Assembly: GCA_963928415.1 (NCBI GenBank)
Contig: CAWVEX010000045.1
Span: forward strand, 587 to 64,586
DNA: 64,000 bases
DNA from: Bacillota bacterium
Lineage (GTDB): Bacteria; Bacillota; Clostridia; TANB77; CAG-508
Direction of reading: 5' to 3'
Below are positions 8,478 to 18,141 of the stretch, piece by piece. Below the pieces are notes generated by a model. It saw only the letters and a list, made by a program, of their open reading frames with translations. It searched no databases and was not told the origin of the DNA. Position 1 is the first letter of the stretch. Every line of letters starts with the position of its first letter. The position numbers and the translations under genes are program-made.

Positions 8478-8816
8478 CTATTTTAAAATATTCTTACAAA
8501 AATTTTTTATTCTTATTGTTTCTTTATCTGCTACATTCCATAAAATCAATTTATCAATAGTTTCATAATTATGTACTATAATATCTCTCATTCCAGCAAT
8601 ATTTTTCCATGGAATTTCTGGATTTTCTTTTCTAAAATCCAGAGGAAGTCTTTTTACAAGTTCACCTATTTGGGTAACTGGTGTAAGTATTGCATTTTGG
8701 TATATACTATTTCCTTCAAAGATTTCATAGTTGTTTCCAAAGTGATTTTTGGTATCTTCAATAATATTACAATGCTTTATAATAGCCAATAATATTTTTC
8801 TAGTTCTTTCATCCAT
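8478..8816 (-). CDS. HEPN-domain (HepT/DUF86) RNase toxin.
   Basis: The Rx4HxY-type motif MRDIIVHNY is present. The gene is adjacent to and co-oriented with the MNT gene. Confidence 0.75.
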   Translation of the reverse strand: MDERTRKILLAIIKHCNIIEDTKNHFGNNYEIFEGNSIYQNAILTPVTQIGELVKRLPLDFRKENPEIPWKNIAGMRDIIVHNYETIDKLILWNVADKETIRIKNFCKNILK

Positions 8817-8874
8817 AATAAATTTTCTCCTTGCAAAACATTATAACATAAAAAGAAAATAATGTATAGTAGTT

Positions 8875-9840
8875 TTAAACAAACAAACTAATCATATAAA
8901 ATATAAAGATTAAAAGTAAAATAACCCCTTTAAATCTAGTTACAGTATTTTTAGTTCCTATAAAATTAAATAACCATATAGTAAATGTACAAAAAAAAAG
9001 TAATATTAAATTTTGTATAAATTCTGTAGTAAATTCAAGAGGAGTAAGTATTGCTCCAATTCCTAAAATTAAAAGTAAATTAAGTGTGCAAGAACCAATA
9101 ATATTTCCAACAGCTAAGTCTGTATCCTTTTTTATAATAGATACTATTGATGTAACTAGCTCAGGTAGAGCAGTACCAATTGCTACAATAGTAAGACCAA
9201 TAACTCTTTCAGAAATATTAAGTTCCTTTGCAATAATAGTTGAATAATTAACAACTAAATCTCCACCATATTTTAATAAAATAATACCTAAAACAATAAA
9301 AATAATACAAAATAATAGATTAATCCTTTTTAATTCAGTATTTTTAGAATTATTTTTTATAGAAATTAATATACCTTCAAATTCTTTTACTATGGGATAT
9401 GCAAAATATATAATAAACAATAATACTAAGAATATGCCTTCATTTCTATTTATAAAAGCAGTATTATTTCCTAAGATTCCAAGACCCATTAAGAGAATAA
9501 TTACAGTAGATAAAAGTGCAATTGGTATATGAAAAATTCTTGTATCTTTATCTATTTTTATAGGGGATATAACAGCCATTAAACCAAGTATAAGTAAAAC
9601 ATTACATAAATTGCTTCCAATTGCATTCCCTATAATTAAATCAGACATTGAATTTTTAGCAGATGTAATAGTAATAATAAGTTCTGGAGCAGATGTACCT
9701 ATAGCAACAATAGTAAGTCCAACTAAAATTTCAGGAATATGAAACTTTTTAGCAATACTGTTTGAACCTTTAACTAATAGGTCTGCACCAAATACAAGTA
9801 AAATTAGTCCTAAAATTATCATTAGTATATTGAAAAGCAT
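8875..9840 (-). CDS. Ca2+/Na+ antiporter (CaCA/YrbG family).
   Basis: It is a polytopic membrane protein with two GTSAPEL/GTALPEL alpha-repeat motifs. Confidence 0.85.
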   Translation of the reverse strand: MLFNILMIILGLILLVFGADLLVKGSNSIAKKFHIPEILVGLTIVAIGTSAPELIITITSAKNSMSDLIIGNAIGSNLCNVLLILGLMAVISPIKIDKDTRIFHIPIALLSTVIILLMGLGILGNNTAFINRNEGIFLVLLFIIYFAYPIVKEFEGILISIKNNSKNTELKRINLLFCIIFIVLGIILLKYGGDLVVNYSTIIAKELNISERVIGLTIVAIGTALPELVTSIVSIIKKDTDLAVGNIIGSCTLNLLLILGIGAILTPLEFTTEFIQNLILLFFCTFTIWLFNFIGTKNTVTRFKGVILLLIFIFYMISLFV

Positions 9841-9913
9841 ACAGTCCTCCTTAAAATTATTATTATAGATTATTTAGTAACTGTCAATAATTGAATATAA
9901 ATTTTTAGTATTA

Positions 9914-9958
9914 AATAAAAAAATTAGATAAATATTTGTAAATTAAATATTTATCTAA
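9914..9958 (-). terminator. Rho-independent terminator of the spoVA operon.
   Basis: A 14 bp perfect stem TTAGATAAATATTT/AAATATTTATCTAA is followed by a T-run on the minus strand. Confidence 0.55.
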
Positions 9959-9967
9959 ATTTTTACT

Positions 9968-10354
9968 TTATTGCTTCTTTATTTTTGGTTTAGCTAATAA
10001 GGAAGCTATATATCCAAAGAAAATTGCAGCAGCAATACCACCACTTGCAGCTTTAACTCCACCTATAAACGCTCCAAGTAGACCTTGAGTTTGAACTGCT
10101 TCCATAGCACCTTTTGCTAAATTTGCACCAAATCCAAATAGGGGAACAGTAGCACCACAACCAGCAAAGTCTATAATATATTGGTAAATTCCAAGACCAC
10201 CTAAAATTGCACCAGTAGTTACAAATATAACTAGTATTCTAGCAGAGGTAAGTTTTGTTTTATCTATAAGTAATTGACCAATTATACATATTAATCCACC
10301 AACAATAAAGCATCTTAGCATTAGTCCCCAATCAATACTTTGTAAAAAATCCAT
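9968..10354 (-). CDS. spoVAEb: Stage V sporulation protein AEb (SpoVAC/SpoVAEb family).
   Basis: A small polytopic membrane protein in the SpoVAC/SpoVAEb family; third gene of a spoVAC-AD-AEb trio. Confidence 0.8.
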   Translation of the reverse strand: MDFLQSIDWGLMLRCFIVGGLICIIGQLLIDKTKLTSARILVIFVTTGAILGGLGIYQYIIDFAGCGATVPLFGFGANLAKGAMEAVQTQGLLGAFIGGVKAASGGIAAAIFFGYIASLLAKPKIKKQ

Positions 10355-10404
10355 AATTTTTTATCGCCTATGCGATGTACTCCTTTCAAATTATTAAATA
10401 AAAA

Positions 10405-11418
10405 TCAATCTTTTTGCATTTCTATTGAAATAGCATGAGCTATTCCAGGAATAGATTCTCCTTGCTGTGATGTTGTAGAATTCATTAATGCTCCTGTTGC
10501 AATTAATAAAAGTTTATTTATATGTCCTTGTTTCATTAATTTATATAAATATCCAGAAAAAACAGTTGCAATACATGCACATCCACTACCACCTGCATGT
10601 GTATCTTGTTTATTTTTATCAAACATTAAAACTCCACAGTCATCATAGTTTTGAGATAAATCTAAACCTTTAGATTTGCCTAAATCAATTAAAATACTTT
10701 TTCCTAAATGACCTAAATCTCCAGTAATAATTGCATCATAGTATTCAGGAGTTCTACCAGTATCTTCAAAATGTGCAAGAAGAGTAGAAAGTGCTGCCGG
10801 AGCCATTGCTGCACCCATATTATTTGCATCTTTTATTCCAAGGTCAGTTATTATGCCTGGTGTTATATGAGTTATATATGGACCAAGGCCTATTTTAGAA
10901 AGAATTGCAGCACCTGAACCTGTTACTGTCCATTGACTAGTTGGGGTACGTTGATTTCCCAGCTCTAAAGGAAATCTAAATTGCTTTTCAGCACTACAAA
11001 AATGGCTAGATGTAGCACAAAGTACATGATTGCATGCCTGACTATCCATAAAAACAGAACCTATGCATAAACTTTCAACAAAAGTGGAACATGCTCCAAA
11101 TAAACCAAAGAAAGGAATATTAGAATCACGCATACCAAAATTTGAAGAAATACATTGATTTAGCAAATCTCCTGCAAAAGAATAGTCTATGTCTTTAGCA
11201 GATAATCCAGATTTAGCAAATAAAGTATTTATAGTTTCTCTAAAAATTTTTGTTTCAGCTTTTTCCCAAGTTTTTTCTCCCCAAAATTCATCTTCTAAAC
11301 ATTTATCAAAATATTGTGCAAGAGGACCATCGGATTCTTTAGGTCCTACAATTGAAGATGTATTTAATATTGTAGGTGGGTGGTCTAGTTTTAAAGTTTG
11401 GTTACCTATTTTTTTCAT
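10405..11418 (-). CDS. spoVAD: Stage V sporulation protein AD.
   Basis: 337 aa; SpoVAD family with a thiolase-like fold, including the GSGCAC motif. Confidence 0.85.
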   Translation of the reverse strand: MKKIGNQTLKLDHPPTILNTSSIVGPKESDGPLAQYFDKCLEDEFWGEKTWEKAETKIFRETINTLFAKSGLSAKDIDYSFAGDLLNQCISSNFGMRDSNIPFFGLFGACSTFVESLCIGSVFMDSQACNHVLCATSSHFCSAEKQFRFPLELGNQRTPTSQWTVTGSGAAILSKIGLGPYITHITPGIITDLGIKDANNMGAAMAPAALSTLLAHFEDTGRTPEYYDAIITGDLGHLGKSILIDLGKSKGLDLSQNYDDCGVLMFDKNKQDTHAGGSGCACIATVFSGYLYKLMKQGHINKLLLIATGALMNSTTSQQGESIPGIAHAISIEMQKD

Positions 11419-11525
11419 ATTAAACCCTTTCTATAAAAATAATATTTTGGATTAAACGATATGTTTTAGTTTTTAATTGTATCAAAATTTGCTTAATAAA
11501 ATAAAGCTAAAAATTATAGAATTAG

Positions 11526-11969
11526 CTAAACAAAAAAGCAAGTTATTATACCAATAATTACAGAAGCAGATATACCAAAAACAAGTACAGGTCCTGCTAC
11601 AGTAAACATTTTAGAGCCTACACCCATAACGTATCCTTCGGATTTATATTCAATAGCTGGAGATACAATAGAATTAGCAAAACCAGTTATAGGAACTAAA
11701 GTACCAGCTCCAGCAAATTTACCAATTTTATTGAAAATATTTAATGCAGTTAAAAGTGCAGAAAGTCCAATTAAACTGATTGATACTATTGTACTTGCAG
11801 AAGTATTATCTAATCCTTTATATAAGCAAAATTCTAAAATAAATTGACCAAGAGTGCATATTAGCCCTCCAACCCAAAAAGCATTAAAACAATCTTTTAA
11901 AATTGGTGATTTAGGTGATTTTGCTTCTACATATTTGTTATATTCTTTTGGAGTTTCAATTGGATTCAT
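11526..11969 (-). CDS. spoVAC: Stage V sporulation protein AC.
   Basis: 147 aa membrane protein; first gene of the spoVA trio. Confidence 0.8.
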   Translation of the reverse strand: MNPIETPKEYNKYVEAKSPKSPILKDCFNAFWVGGLICTLGQFILEFCLYKGLDNTSASTIVSISLIGLSALLTALNIFNKIGKFAGAGTLVPITGFANSIVSPAIEYKSEGYVMGVGSKMFTVAGPVLVFGISASVIIGIITCFFV

Positions 11970-12044
11970 TTAAGAGCTCCTTATTTTACATATTTAGGTT
12001 TTTATTGGATTTACCTATAAACCAAGTTTAAATAAATATTAATG

Positions 12045-12254
12045 TTATCTACTTTGGTCTACCATAAAAGTAATATCTAAATCTACATAATATTCAGTCA
12101 TTTTATTTACAGTAACCTTAGCTCTTTGATCTAATATTTTAAGACTTGTAATATAATCTAAAGTTTTAGCAACTTCCTCTAAAGTTTTAACTATAGCATC
12201 TTTCCATGAAATAGTTGATCTACCTGTTACTTGTATATGTTTTTCAATTCCCAT
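12045..12254 (-). CDS. Dodecin-family small flavin-binding protein.
   Basis: 69 aa; the pattern K.IQVTGRSTISWKDAI...LKILDQRA...YVDLDITF resembles dodecins. Confidence 0.55.
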   Translation of the reverse strand: MGIEKHIQVTGRSTISWKDAIVKTLEEVAKTLDYITSLKILDQRAKVTVNKMTEYYVDLDITFMVDQSR

Positions 12255-12374
12255 AAAAACCTCCTAAAAATTAAATTCTATGTATATAATTTCCAACTTT
12301 TCAAAAAAATATGCACAAAAACGGAATTTTGTGTTAAAATGTATGGCGAAGAAAAATTTAAGAAAGGATATACA

Positions 12375-12975
12375 AATGATTTCATATATAAAAGGATTAT
12401 TAGAAATAAAAGCAAAAGATTATGTTGTAGTTGATGTTGGGGGAATTGGATATAAAATATTTATGTCAGATACATCAATAGGTGAATTAGAAAAAGGAAA
12501 AGAAGTTAAAATATTTACTTATATGAGAGTAAGGGAAGATGATATAAGTTTATATGGATTTTTAAATAATGAAGAACTTGTAACATTTGAACTTTTAATT
12601 AGTGTAGGAGGAGTTGGGGCCAAAAGTGCAATAACAATATTAAGTCATATTACACCTTCTAAATTTGCATTAGCAGTAATTAGTAATGATGTAGGGACTC
12701 TAAAAAAATTACCAGGAATAGGTGCAAAAACTGCAGCAAGAATAATATTAGAATTAAAAGATAAAATGAAAACAGATGAGGCTATTGAAAATGCAGATAA
12801 TGAAGAAATAAAAGAAGCAATTACTTTAGATAATAAAGCAGGAGATGCATTAGAGGCCTTATGCGTTCTTGGATATACAAGAAAAGACGTAGAAATGGCA
12901 TTATCTAAGATAGATACAGCAAAACTTACAGTAGAAGAAATTATAAAACAAGGACTAAAAGTTTTAGGAAGATAA
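12375..12975 (+). CDS. ruvA: Holliday junction DNA helicase subunit RuvA.
   Basis: RuvA similarity from MISYIKGLLE, including the helix-hairpin-helix motifs LPGIGAKTAARI. The track start at 12280 is over-extended. Confidence 0.9.
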
Positions 12976-13006
12976 AATTAGCAAAATATAGAGAGGAAAA
13001 TTAATT

Positions 13007-14272
13007 ATGGATTTATCTGAACCATTAGCATATAGAATGATGCCACAAACTTTAGATGAATATGTAGGTCAAGAAGACATATTAGGAAAAGATAAAATAT
13101 TATATAGAACAATAAAAGCAGATAGATTATCTAGTATTATACTTTGGGGACCTCCAGGTTGCGGAAAAACATCTCTTGCAAGAGTAATAAGCAATACAAC
13201 AAAATATAAATTTATAAAATTAAATGCTGTAACAGCAGGAGTAGGAGATATAAAAAATGCAATAGAAGAAGCACAAAATCTTTTACTTAATCCAAGTGGT
13301 AAATGCATTTTATTTATAGATGAAATTCATAGATTTAATAAACTTCAACAAGATGCGCTTTTACCATATGTTGAAAAAGGTACTGTAATATTAATAGGAG
13401 CAACTACTGAAAATCCATATTTTGAAGTTAATAAAGCTTTAATTTCAAGAAGTATGGTATTTAGATTACAGGAACTAACAAATGAAAATGTATTTACTAT
13501 TTTAAAAAGAGCTCTTACAAGTGAAAAGGGCTTGAAAAATTATAATATTAAAATAGATGATTCAACTTTAGAAAAAATTGCAGAAACTGCAAATGGAGAT
13601 GTAAGAACAGCTTTAAATGGATTAGAAGTAGCAGTACTTACTACTCCAGTTGAAAAAGATGGCTATATACATATAACTGATGAAGTTGCAAAAGAATGTG
13701 TACAAACAAGAAAAGCAATTTTTGATAAAAGTGGAGATTCACATTATGATAATATAAGTGCATTTATAAAATCTATGAGAGGAACAGATCCAGATGCTGC
13801 AATTTTTTATTTAGCAAGAGCCTTAAATGCTGGAGAAGATCCAATGTTTTTAGCAAGAAGAATAGTAATAGCAGCATCAGAAGATGTAGGAATGGCAAAT
13901 CCAATGGCATTAGTTGTTGCAAATTCTGCTATGCAAGCAGTGCATATGGTGGGAATGCCAGAAGCAAGAATAATTTTAGCAGAAGCGGCAGTATATGTAG
14001 CTACATCTAAAAAATCTAATGCTTCATATAATGCAATTAATAAAGCCTTAGATGATGTTAAAAACAAAGATACTGGAACAATACCAATGCATATTAGAAA
14101 TGCACCAATTGATGATATGAAAAAAGACGGCTATCATGTAGGTTATAAATATCCACACGATTATCCTGGGCATTATGTTGAGCAGCAATATTTGCCTGAT
14201 AAAATGCTAGGAACTAAATATTATATTCCAGATGAGAACGTAGATACAAGTAATTATCAAAAGAAAGAGTAA
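13007..14272 (+). CDS. rarA: Replication-associated recombination protein A (RarA/MgsA AAA+ ATPase).
   Basis: The Walker A motif LWGPPGCGKTSLA is present. Its 421 aa length is typical of RarA and not of RuvB. Confidence 0.9.
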   Translation: MDLSEPLAYRMMPQTLDEYVGQEDILGKDKILYRTIKADRLSSIILWGPPGCGKTSLARVISNTTKYKFIKLNAVTAGVGDIKNAIEEAQNLLLNPSGKCILFIDEIHRFNKLQQDALLPYVEKGTVILIGATTENPYFEVNKALISRSMVFRLQELTNENVFTILKRALTSEKGLKNYNIKIDDSTLEKIAETANGDVRTALNGLEVAVLTTPVEKDGYIHITDEVAKECVQTRKAIFDKSGDSHYDNISAFIKSMRGTDPDAAIFYLARALNAGEDPMFLARRIVIAASEDVGMANPMALVVANSAMQAVHMVGMPEARIILAEAAVYVATSKKSNASYNAINKALDDVKNKDTGTIPMHIRNAPIDDMKKDGYHVGYKYPHDYPGHYVEQQYLPDKMLGTKYYIPDENVDTSNYQKKE

Positions 14273-14281
14273 AATATAAAA

Positions 14282-14312
14282 TAAAATCTGGGAATCATAT
14301 CCCAGATTTTTA
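14282..14312. terminator. Bidirectional rho-independent terminator between rarA and the SPFH gene.
   Basis: ATCTGGGA-atcata-TCCCAGAT flanked by A- and T-runs. Confidence 0.65.
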
Positions 14313-14344
14313 TATTAAATTAAAGTTTAAATATTAATTAAAAT

Positions 14345-15271
14345 TTAATCTTTCTTACTTTCAGTTTTTTCTTCTTTTTTATTATTAAGAAGTTCGCTAG
14401 CTGCTCCAATTGCTCCTAGTGCTTGAGTAGCTTCAAATGGTATAAATACTTTATTAGCTTCACCTTTAGCTACATCTTGTAATGCTTCTAAAGATTTTAA
14501 TTGAACTAGTTTTTCATCAGGATTAGCTTTCATCATAGCACCATATACAAGTTTTACTTCATCAGCCTTAGCTTCAGCAACTTTTCTTATAGCTTCAGCT
14601 TCACCGGCAGCTCTTCTTATTTTTGCTTCTTTATCAGCCTCAGCTTGAAGAATTTCAGCTTCTTTTTCACCTTGAGCTTTTAAAACTGCTGCTTGTCTTT
14701 CACCTTCTGCTTGAAGGATAGAAGCTCTTTTATTTCTTTCAGCATTCATTTGCTTTTCCATTGCATCTCTAATATCTGGTGGAGGAGTAATATTTTGTAT
14801 TTCAACTCTGTCAATTTTACATCCCCATCTATCAGTTGCTTCATCTAGAATTGCTCTTAATTTATCATTAATTGCATCTCTTGAAGTAAAAGTTGAGTCT
14901 AAATCCATTTTACCAACAATATCACGAATTGTTGTAATAGAAAGATATTCGATACCTTTTTTTAAGCTTTGAATTTCATAAACTGCTTTTGCAGGTTCTA
15001 AAATTCTGTAGAAAACAACTGTATCGATTGTAATTGTAACATTATCTTTAGTAATAACATCTTGAGGTGGAACATCCATAGTTTGTTGCTTTAAACTAAC
15101 AATACTTCTAACATGATCTATAAATGGTATTATAATTGTAAGACCTGCATCAGCTATTTTATGAAATTTACCAAGTCTTTCAATAATATACACCTCAGAT
15201 TGTCTAACAATTTTAATACTCATAATAGCTAAAGCTATTAGAATAATTAGTAGTATGATTAAAATCCACAT
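14345..15271 (-). CDS. SPFH/band-7 (stomatin/prohibitin-like) membrane protein.
   Basis: N-terminal TM, an SPFH domain and a C-terminal Ala/Glu-rich coiled coil. Confidence 0.85.
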   Translation of the reverse strand: MWILIILLIILIALAIMSIKIVRQSEVYIIERLGKFHKIADAGLTIIIPFIDHVRSIVSLKQQTMDVPPQDVITKDNVTITIDTVVFYRILEPAKAVYEIQSLKKGIEYLSITTIRDIVGKMDLDSTFTSRDAINDKLRAILDEATDRWGCKIDRVEIQNITPPPDIRDAMEKQMNAERNKRASILQAEGERQAAVLKAQGEKEAEILQAEADKEAKIRRAAGEAEAIRKVAEAKADEVKLVYGAMMKANPDEKLVQLKSLEALQDVAKGEANKVFIPFEATQALGAIGAASELLNNKKEEKTESKKD

Positions 15272-15433
15272 AAAAACCTCCTAAATTTTATTTTTACATT
15301 GTTAAACTGTCTAAAATCACATATCTACATTAATTATAACATAAAAAACCTAAAAAATAAAGGGGTTTGCTATTGAAACTTTATTAATTAACGTATATAA
15401 TAGCTAATATAAAATAACAAAGGAATAGAAATT

Positions 15434-15922
15434 ATGAAAACTAATATACTAAGAATAATATTTTTAATTCTAATAATAATTAATTCATTAATAATATTTG
15501 GATTTTCTTCACAAAATGGAGAAGAGTCGAGTAGTTTAAGCAAAACTGTAATTAATAAAATAGCAGATATATTAAATATAAAAGAAAATAGAACGGCTTT
15601 CTTAGATTTAGGAGAGAAAATTATACGAAAGCTAGCTCATTTTAGTATATATACATTACTTGGAATCTGGTCAATTTCATTTTTGCATACTTTTAATATT
15701 AAAATTAAATATCAGGTTATAATAAGTTCTATATGGGGAATTTTATATGCAATAACTGATGAATTTCATCAAATGTTTTCAATTGGCAGAAATGCTAGTA
15801 TAGATGATGTAATTATAGATACATTAGGTGTTATATTTGGCTTATTTTTTGTATTACTTATTTTAAAAATTATTGAAATAATTAAAAATAAAAAAAGTGA
15901 AAAATGCAAAAATAATTTGTAA
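15434..15922 (+). CDS. VanZ-like family membrane protein.
   Basis: Four TMs and the VanZ signature (RKLAHF...DEFHQMFSIGR...DDVIIDTLG). Confidence 0.7.
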   Translation: MKTNILRIIFLILIIINSLIIFGFSSQNGEESSSLSKTVINKIADILNIKENRTAFLDLGEKIIRKLAHFSIYTLLGIWSISFLHTFNIKIKYQVIISSIWGILYAITDEFHQMFSIGRNASIDDVIIDTLGVIFGLFFVLLILKIIEIIKNKKSEKCKNNL

Positions 15923-15978
15923 AATATATGCTTAATGCTTAAAATAAAACATTATATAAAATATGAAGGAGGAAAAAT

Positions 15979-16335
15979 ATGAAAAAGTATTCTAATGAAA
16001 AAGGTGTAACATTAATTGTTTTAGCAATAACAATAGTAGTTCTATCTATAATTGCAGGTGTGGTAATATCATTTAATTATAATGATAATGCAGTTAAAAA
16101 TATAGCTGAAGACAAAAAAGAAGAAACTGAAAAAATGCTTATTTTAGAAAGTATAAAATTAAACCTTGTAGAAAATCCACCTGAAAATTATGAGAATTTA
16201 ATCAGCTATTTAAATAATTATGGAAAAATTGAAAATGAAGATGATGAAAATAACGCTATTTTAATTACTAATCAAGGAAATTATGAAATATATGTAAAAG
16301 ATATTTGGAATATAAATAAGCAAAATATAGATTAA
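15979..16335 (+). CDS. Type IV pilin/pseudopilin-like protein. It has a prepilin-type N-terminus, EKG|VTLIVLAITIVVL, in which valine replaces the usual glutamate at position +5.
   Basis: A short basic leader is followed by Gly and a hydrophobic helix. 118 aa; RBS GAAGGAGG. It is the first gene of the Tad-like operon. Confidence 0.5.
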   Translation: MKKYSNEKGVTLIVLAITIVVLSIIAGVVISFNYNDNAVKNIAEDKKEETEKMLILESIKLNLVENPPENYENLISYLNNYGKIENEDDENNAILITNQGNYEIYVKDIWNINKQNID

Positions 16336-16465
16336 ATAAAGTCAAATATTACAAATATTACAAAAATATTAAAAAAAAGTAATAATAGACAAAAATATTG
16401 TTTTTATTTGTTCTATGATATAAAATTTAAAAGAATATTTAAATAAGTTTAAGGAGGAAATCGCA

Positions 16466-17401
16466 ATGGCAACAATGAATCCATTGGAAAGAAAAGCAAG
16501 GAATTCGTTTATAAAAGGAGCAATTTTAGCTGGATTAATAGGATTAATTTTTATAATCATTTTAGGAATAATAATTATGAGAATGAGAGGAGAAGAGCAA
16601 GCAAGATTAGATGCTCAAAAAAATGTATATGTATTAAGAGGAGCTGTACAATCAGGTACAGTGTTAACTCAAGATATGTTTACAACTGTTGGAGCAGATG
16701 CTAATGTAGCACCTAGTGATGCTTTAACAGCAAGTGTATACAATACACTAGCTTTCGATGAAGAAGGTAATCCATTAGAGATTGTTGCAAAAATAGATAT
16801 AGCAGCAAATACAATAGTAACAGCTAGTATGATAACAACTTCAGATAATATAAATACTGATGATGTAAGAGAAGAAGAATATAATATGATATCACTTCCA
16901 GCAGATTTAGAAACTGGAGATACTGTAGATGTAAGATTAAGAATGCCTGATGGAACTAACTATATAGTTGTATCTAAAAAGAAAGTTACAGTATTAGATA
17001 ATGCAGGTATTCCATCTGTAAATACAATTTCATTAGAACTTTCAGAAGGAGAAATTCTTATGATGAGTAATGCAATTGTAGAAGCATATATGATGGAAGG
17101 AAGCAGATTATATTTAACAAGATATGTTGAACCTGGTATGCAAGCAGGAGCAATTACAACTTATGTACCAAATGGAGAAGTTCAAAACTTAATTGCTCAA
17201 AATCCAAATATAGTTAATGAAGCTAAACAAGAATTAATTAACAGAATAAATAATTATGCAGGATTAAACAGAACAAATATAAATGATGAGTTAAATACTA
17301 TAGATCCTGAAGATAGAACAGATGCTGTAACTAGTGGTACTACAACAGAAAATAGTGATGCACAAGATGCTAGACAAAGTTACTTAGATTCTATGCAATA
17401 A
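16466..17401 (+). CDS. CpaB/RcpC-like Flp pilus assembly protein (N-terminal TM plus an SAF-like domain).
   Basis: A TM segment is followed by VYVLRGAVQSGTVLTQDMFTTV, an SAF-like motif. Position and size match CpaB. Confidence 0.55.
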   Translation: MATMNPLERKARNSFIKGAILAGLIGLIFIIILGIIIMRMRGEEQARLDAQKNVYVLRGAVQSGTVLTQDMFTTVGADANVAPSDALTASVYNTLAFDEEGNPLEIVAKIDIAANTIVTASMITTSDNINTDDVREEEYNMISLPADLETGDTVDVRLRMPDGTNYIVVSKKKVTVLDNAGIPSVNTISLELSEGEILMMSNAIVEAYMMEGSRLYLTRYVEPGMQAGAITTYVPNGEVQNLIAQNPNIVNEAKQELINRINNYAGLNRTNINDELNTIDPEDRTDAVTSGTTTENSDAQDARQSYLDSMQ

Positions 17402-17448
17402 AATTTAAAAAGTAATCCAAATGATTAAAAAAATGAAAGGAACTTACA

Positions 17449-18129
17449 GTGGAACAAATAGGTTTTGTTGGAGTAAATGACAAAAAAGATTTTTTGCTAA
17501 ACATAGCAAAAGTTATATCAAAATTAAATAAAAGTGTATTAATTGTTGATAGTACAGTTATGCAAAGACTAAGATACTTAATACCAAAGGTGTCATCTAC
17601 TCCTACATATGTAAGTGAGTATGACGGAGTAGATGTAGCCGTTGGATTTATGAATCTAATGCAAATAAGTTCATATTTAGGTATGCCAAACTTGAATTAT
17701 GATTATGTACTAATAGATACAGATAATCCTCAGACATTTAATTCTTTTATGGTACAAAACTCAAAAAGAAATTTCTTTTGCACATCATATGATGAATTTG
17801 AACTTCAAAGAAGTTTGGAGATACTAGGAACATTGAGAACACAAATTAATTTAACTAAAGTTATAATATCATCTGATTTAAATAATAAACATGATGAATA
17901 TTTAAATCATTTATTAGAAAATTATCCAGTAGCATGGAGCAAAGAAATTATAGAAATAGCTGATACTGATGAAGATAGAAATGCAACACTTACAAATCAG
18001 CTTACTAAACAAATCAGCATTAAGAATTATTCATCGATTTATAAGGATGGATTAGAATATTTAATATCACTGATATTAGAGGGGCTTATACCTCAAGGTG
18101 ATATTAGAAGAATTATTAGGAGAAAGTAG
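17449..18129 (+). CDS. Degenerate MinD/ParA-fold protein (pseudo-ATPase, lacking a Walker A P-loop).
   Basis: IGFVGVNDKKDFLLNIAKVISKLNKSVLIVD aligns to the ParA N-terminus, but the KGGxGKT P-loop is replaced. The Walker-B-like YDYVLIDTD is retained. GTG start with an RBS. Confidence 0.5.
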   Translation: MEQIGFVGVNDKKDFLLNIAKVISKLNKSVLIVDSTVMQRLRYLIPKVSSTPTYVSEYDGVDVAVGFMNLMQISSYLGMPNLNYDYVLIDTDNPQTFNSFMVQNSKRNFFCTSYDEFELQRSLEILGTLRTQINLTKVIISSDLNNKHDEYLNHLLENYPVAWSKEIIEIADTDEDRNATLTNQLTKQISIKNYSSIYKDGLEYLISLILEGLIPQGDIRRIIRRK

Positions 18130-18141
18130 AAAGGTATAAAA

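Noticed and set aside
12231-12434. 67 aa ORF and the 12280 start of the ruvA ORF
   Set aside because: RuvA homology begins at 12375 (MISYIKG), which is RBS-supported. The upstream frame is promoter/intergenic sequence.
16369-16560. 63 aa minus-strand ORF overlapping the start of the CpaB-like gene
   Set aside because: It overlaps the promoter/RBS region and the start of a co-directional operon gene. It has no RBS and is AT-rich noise.
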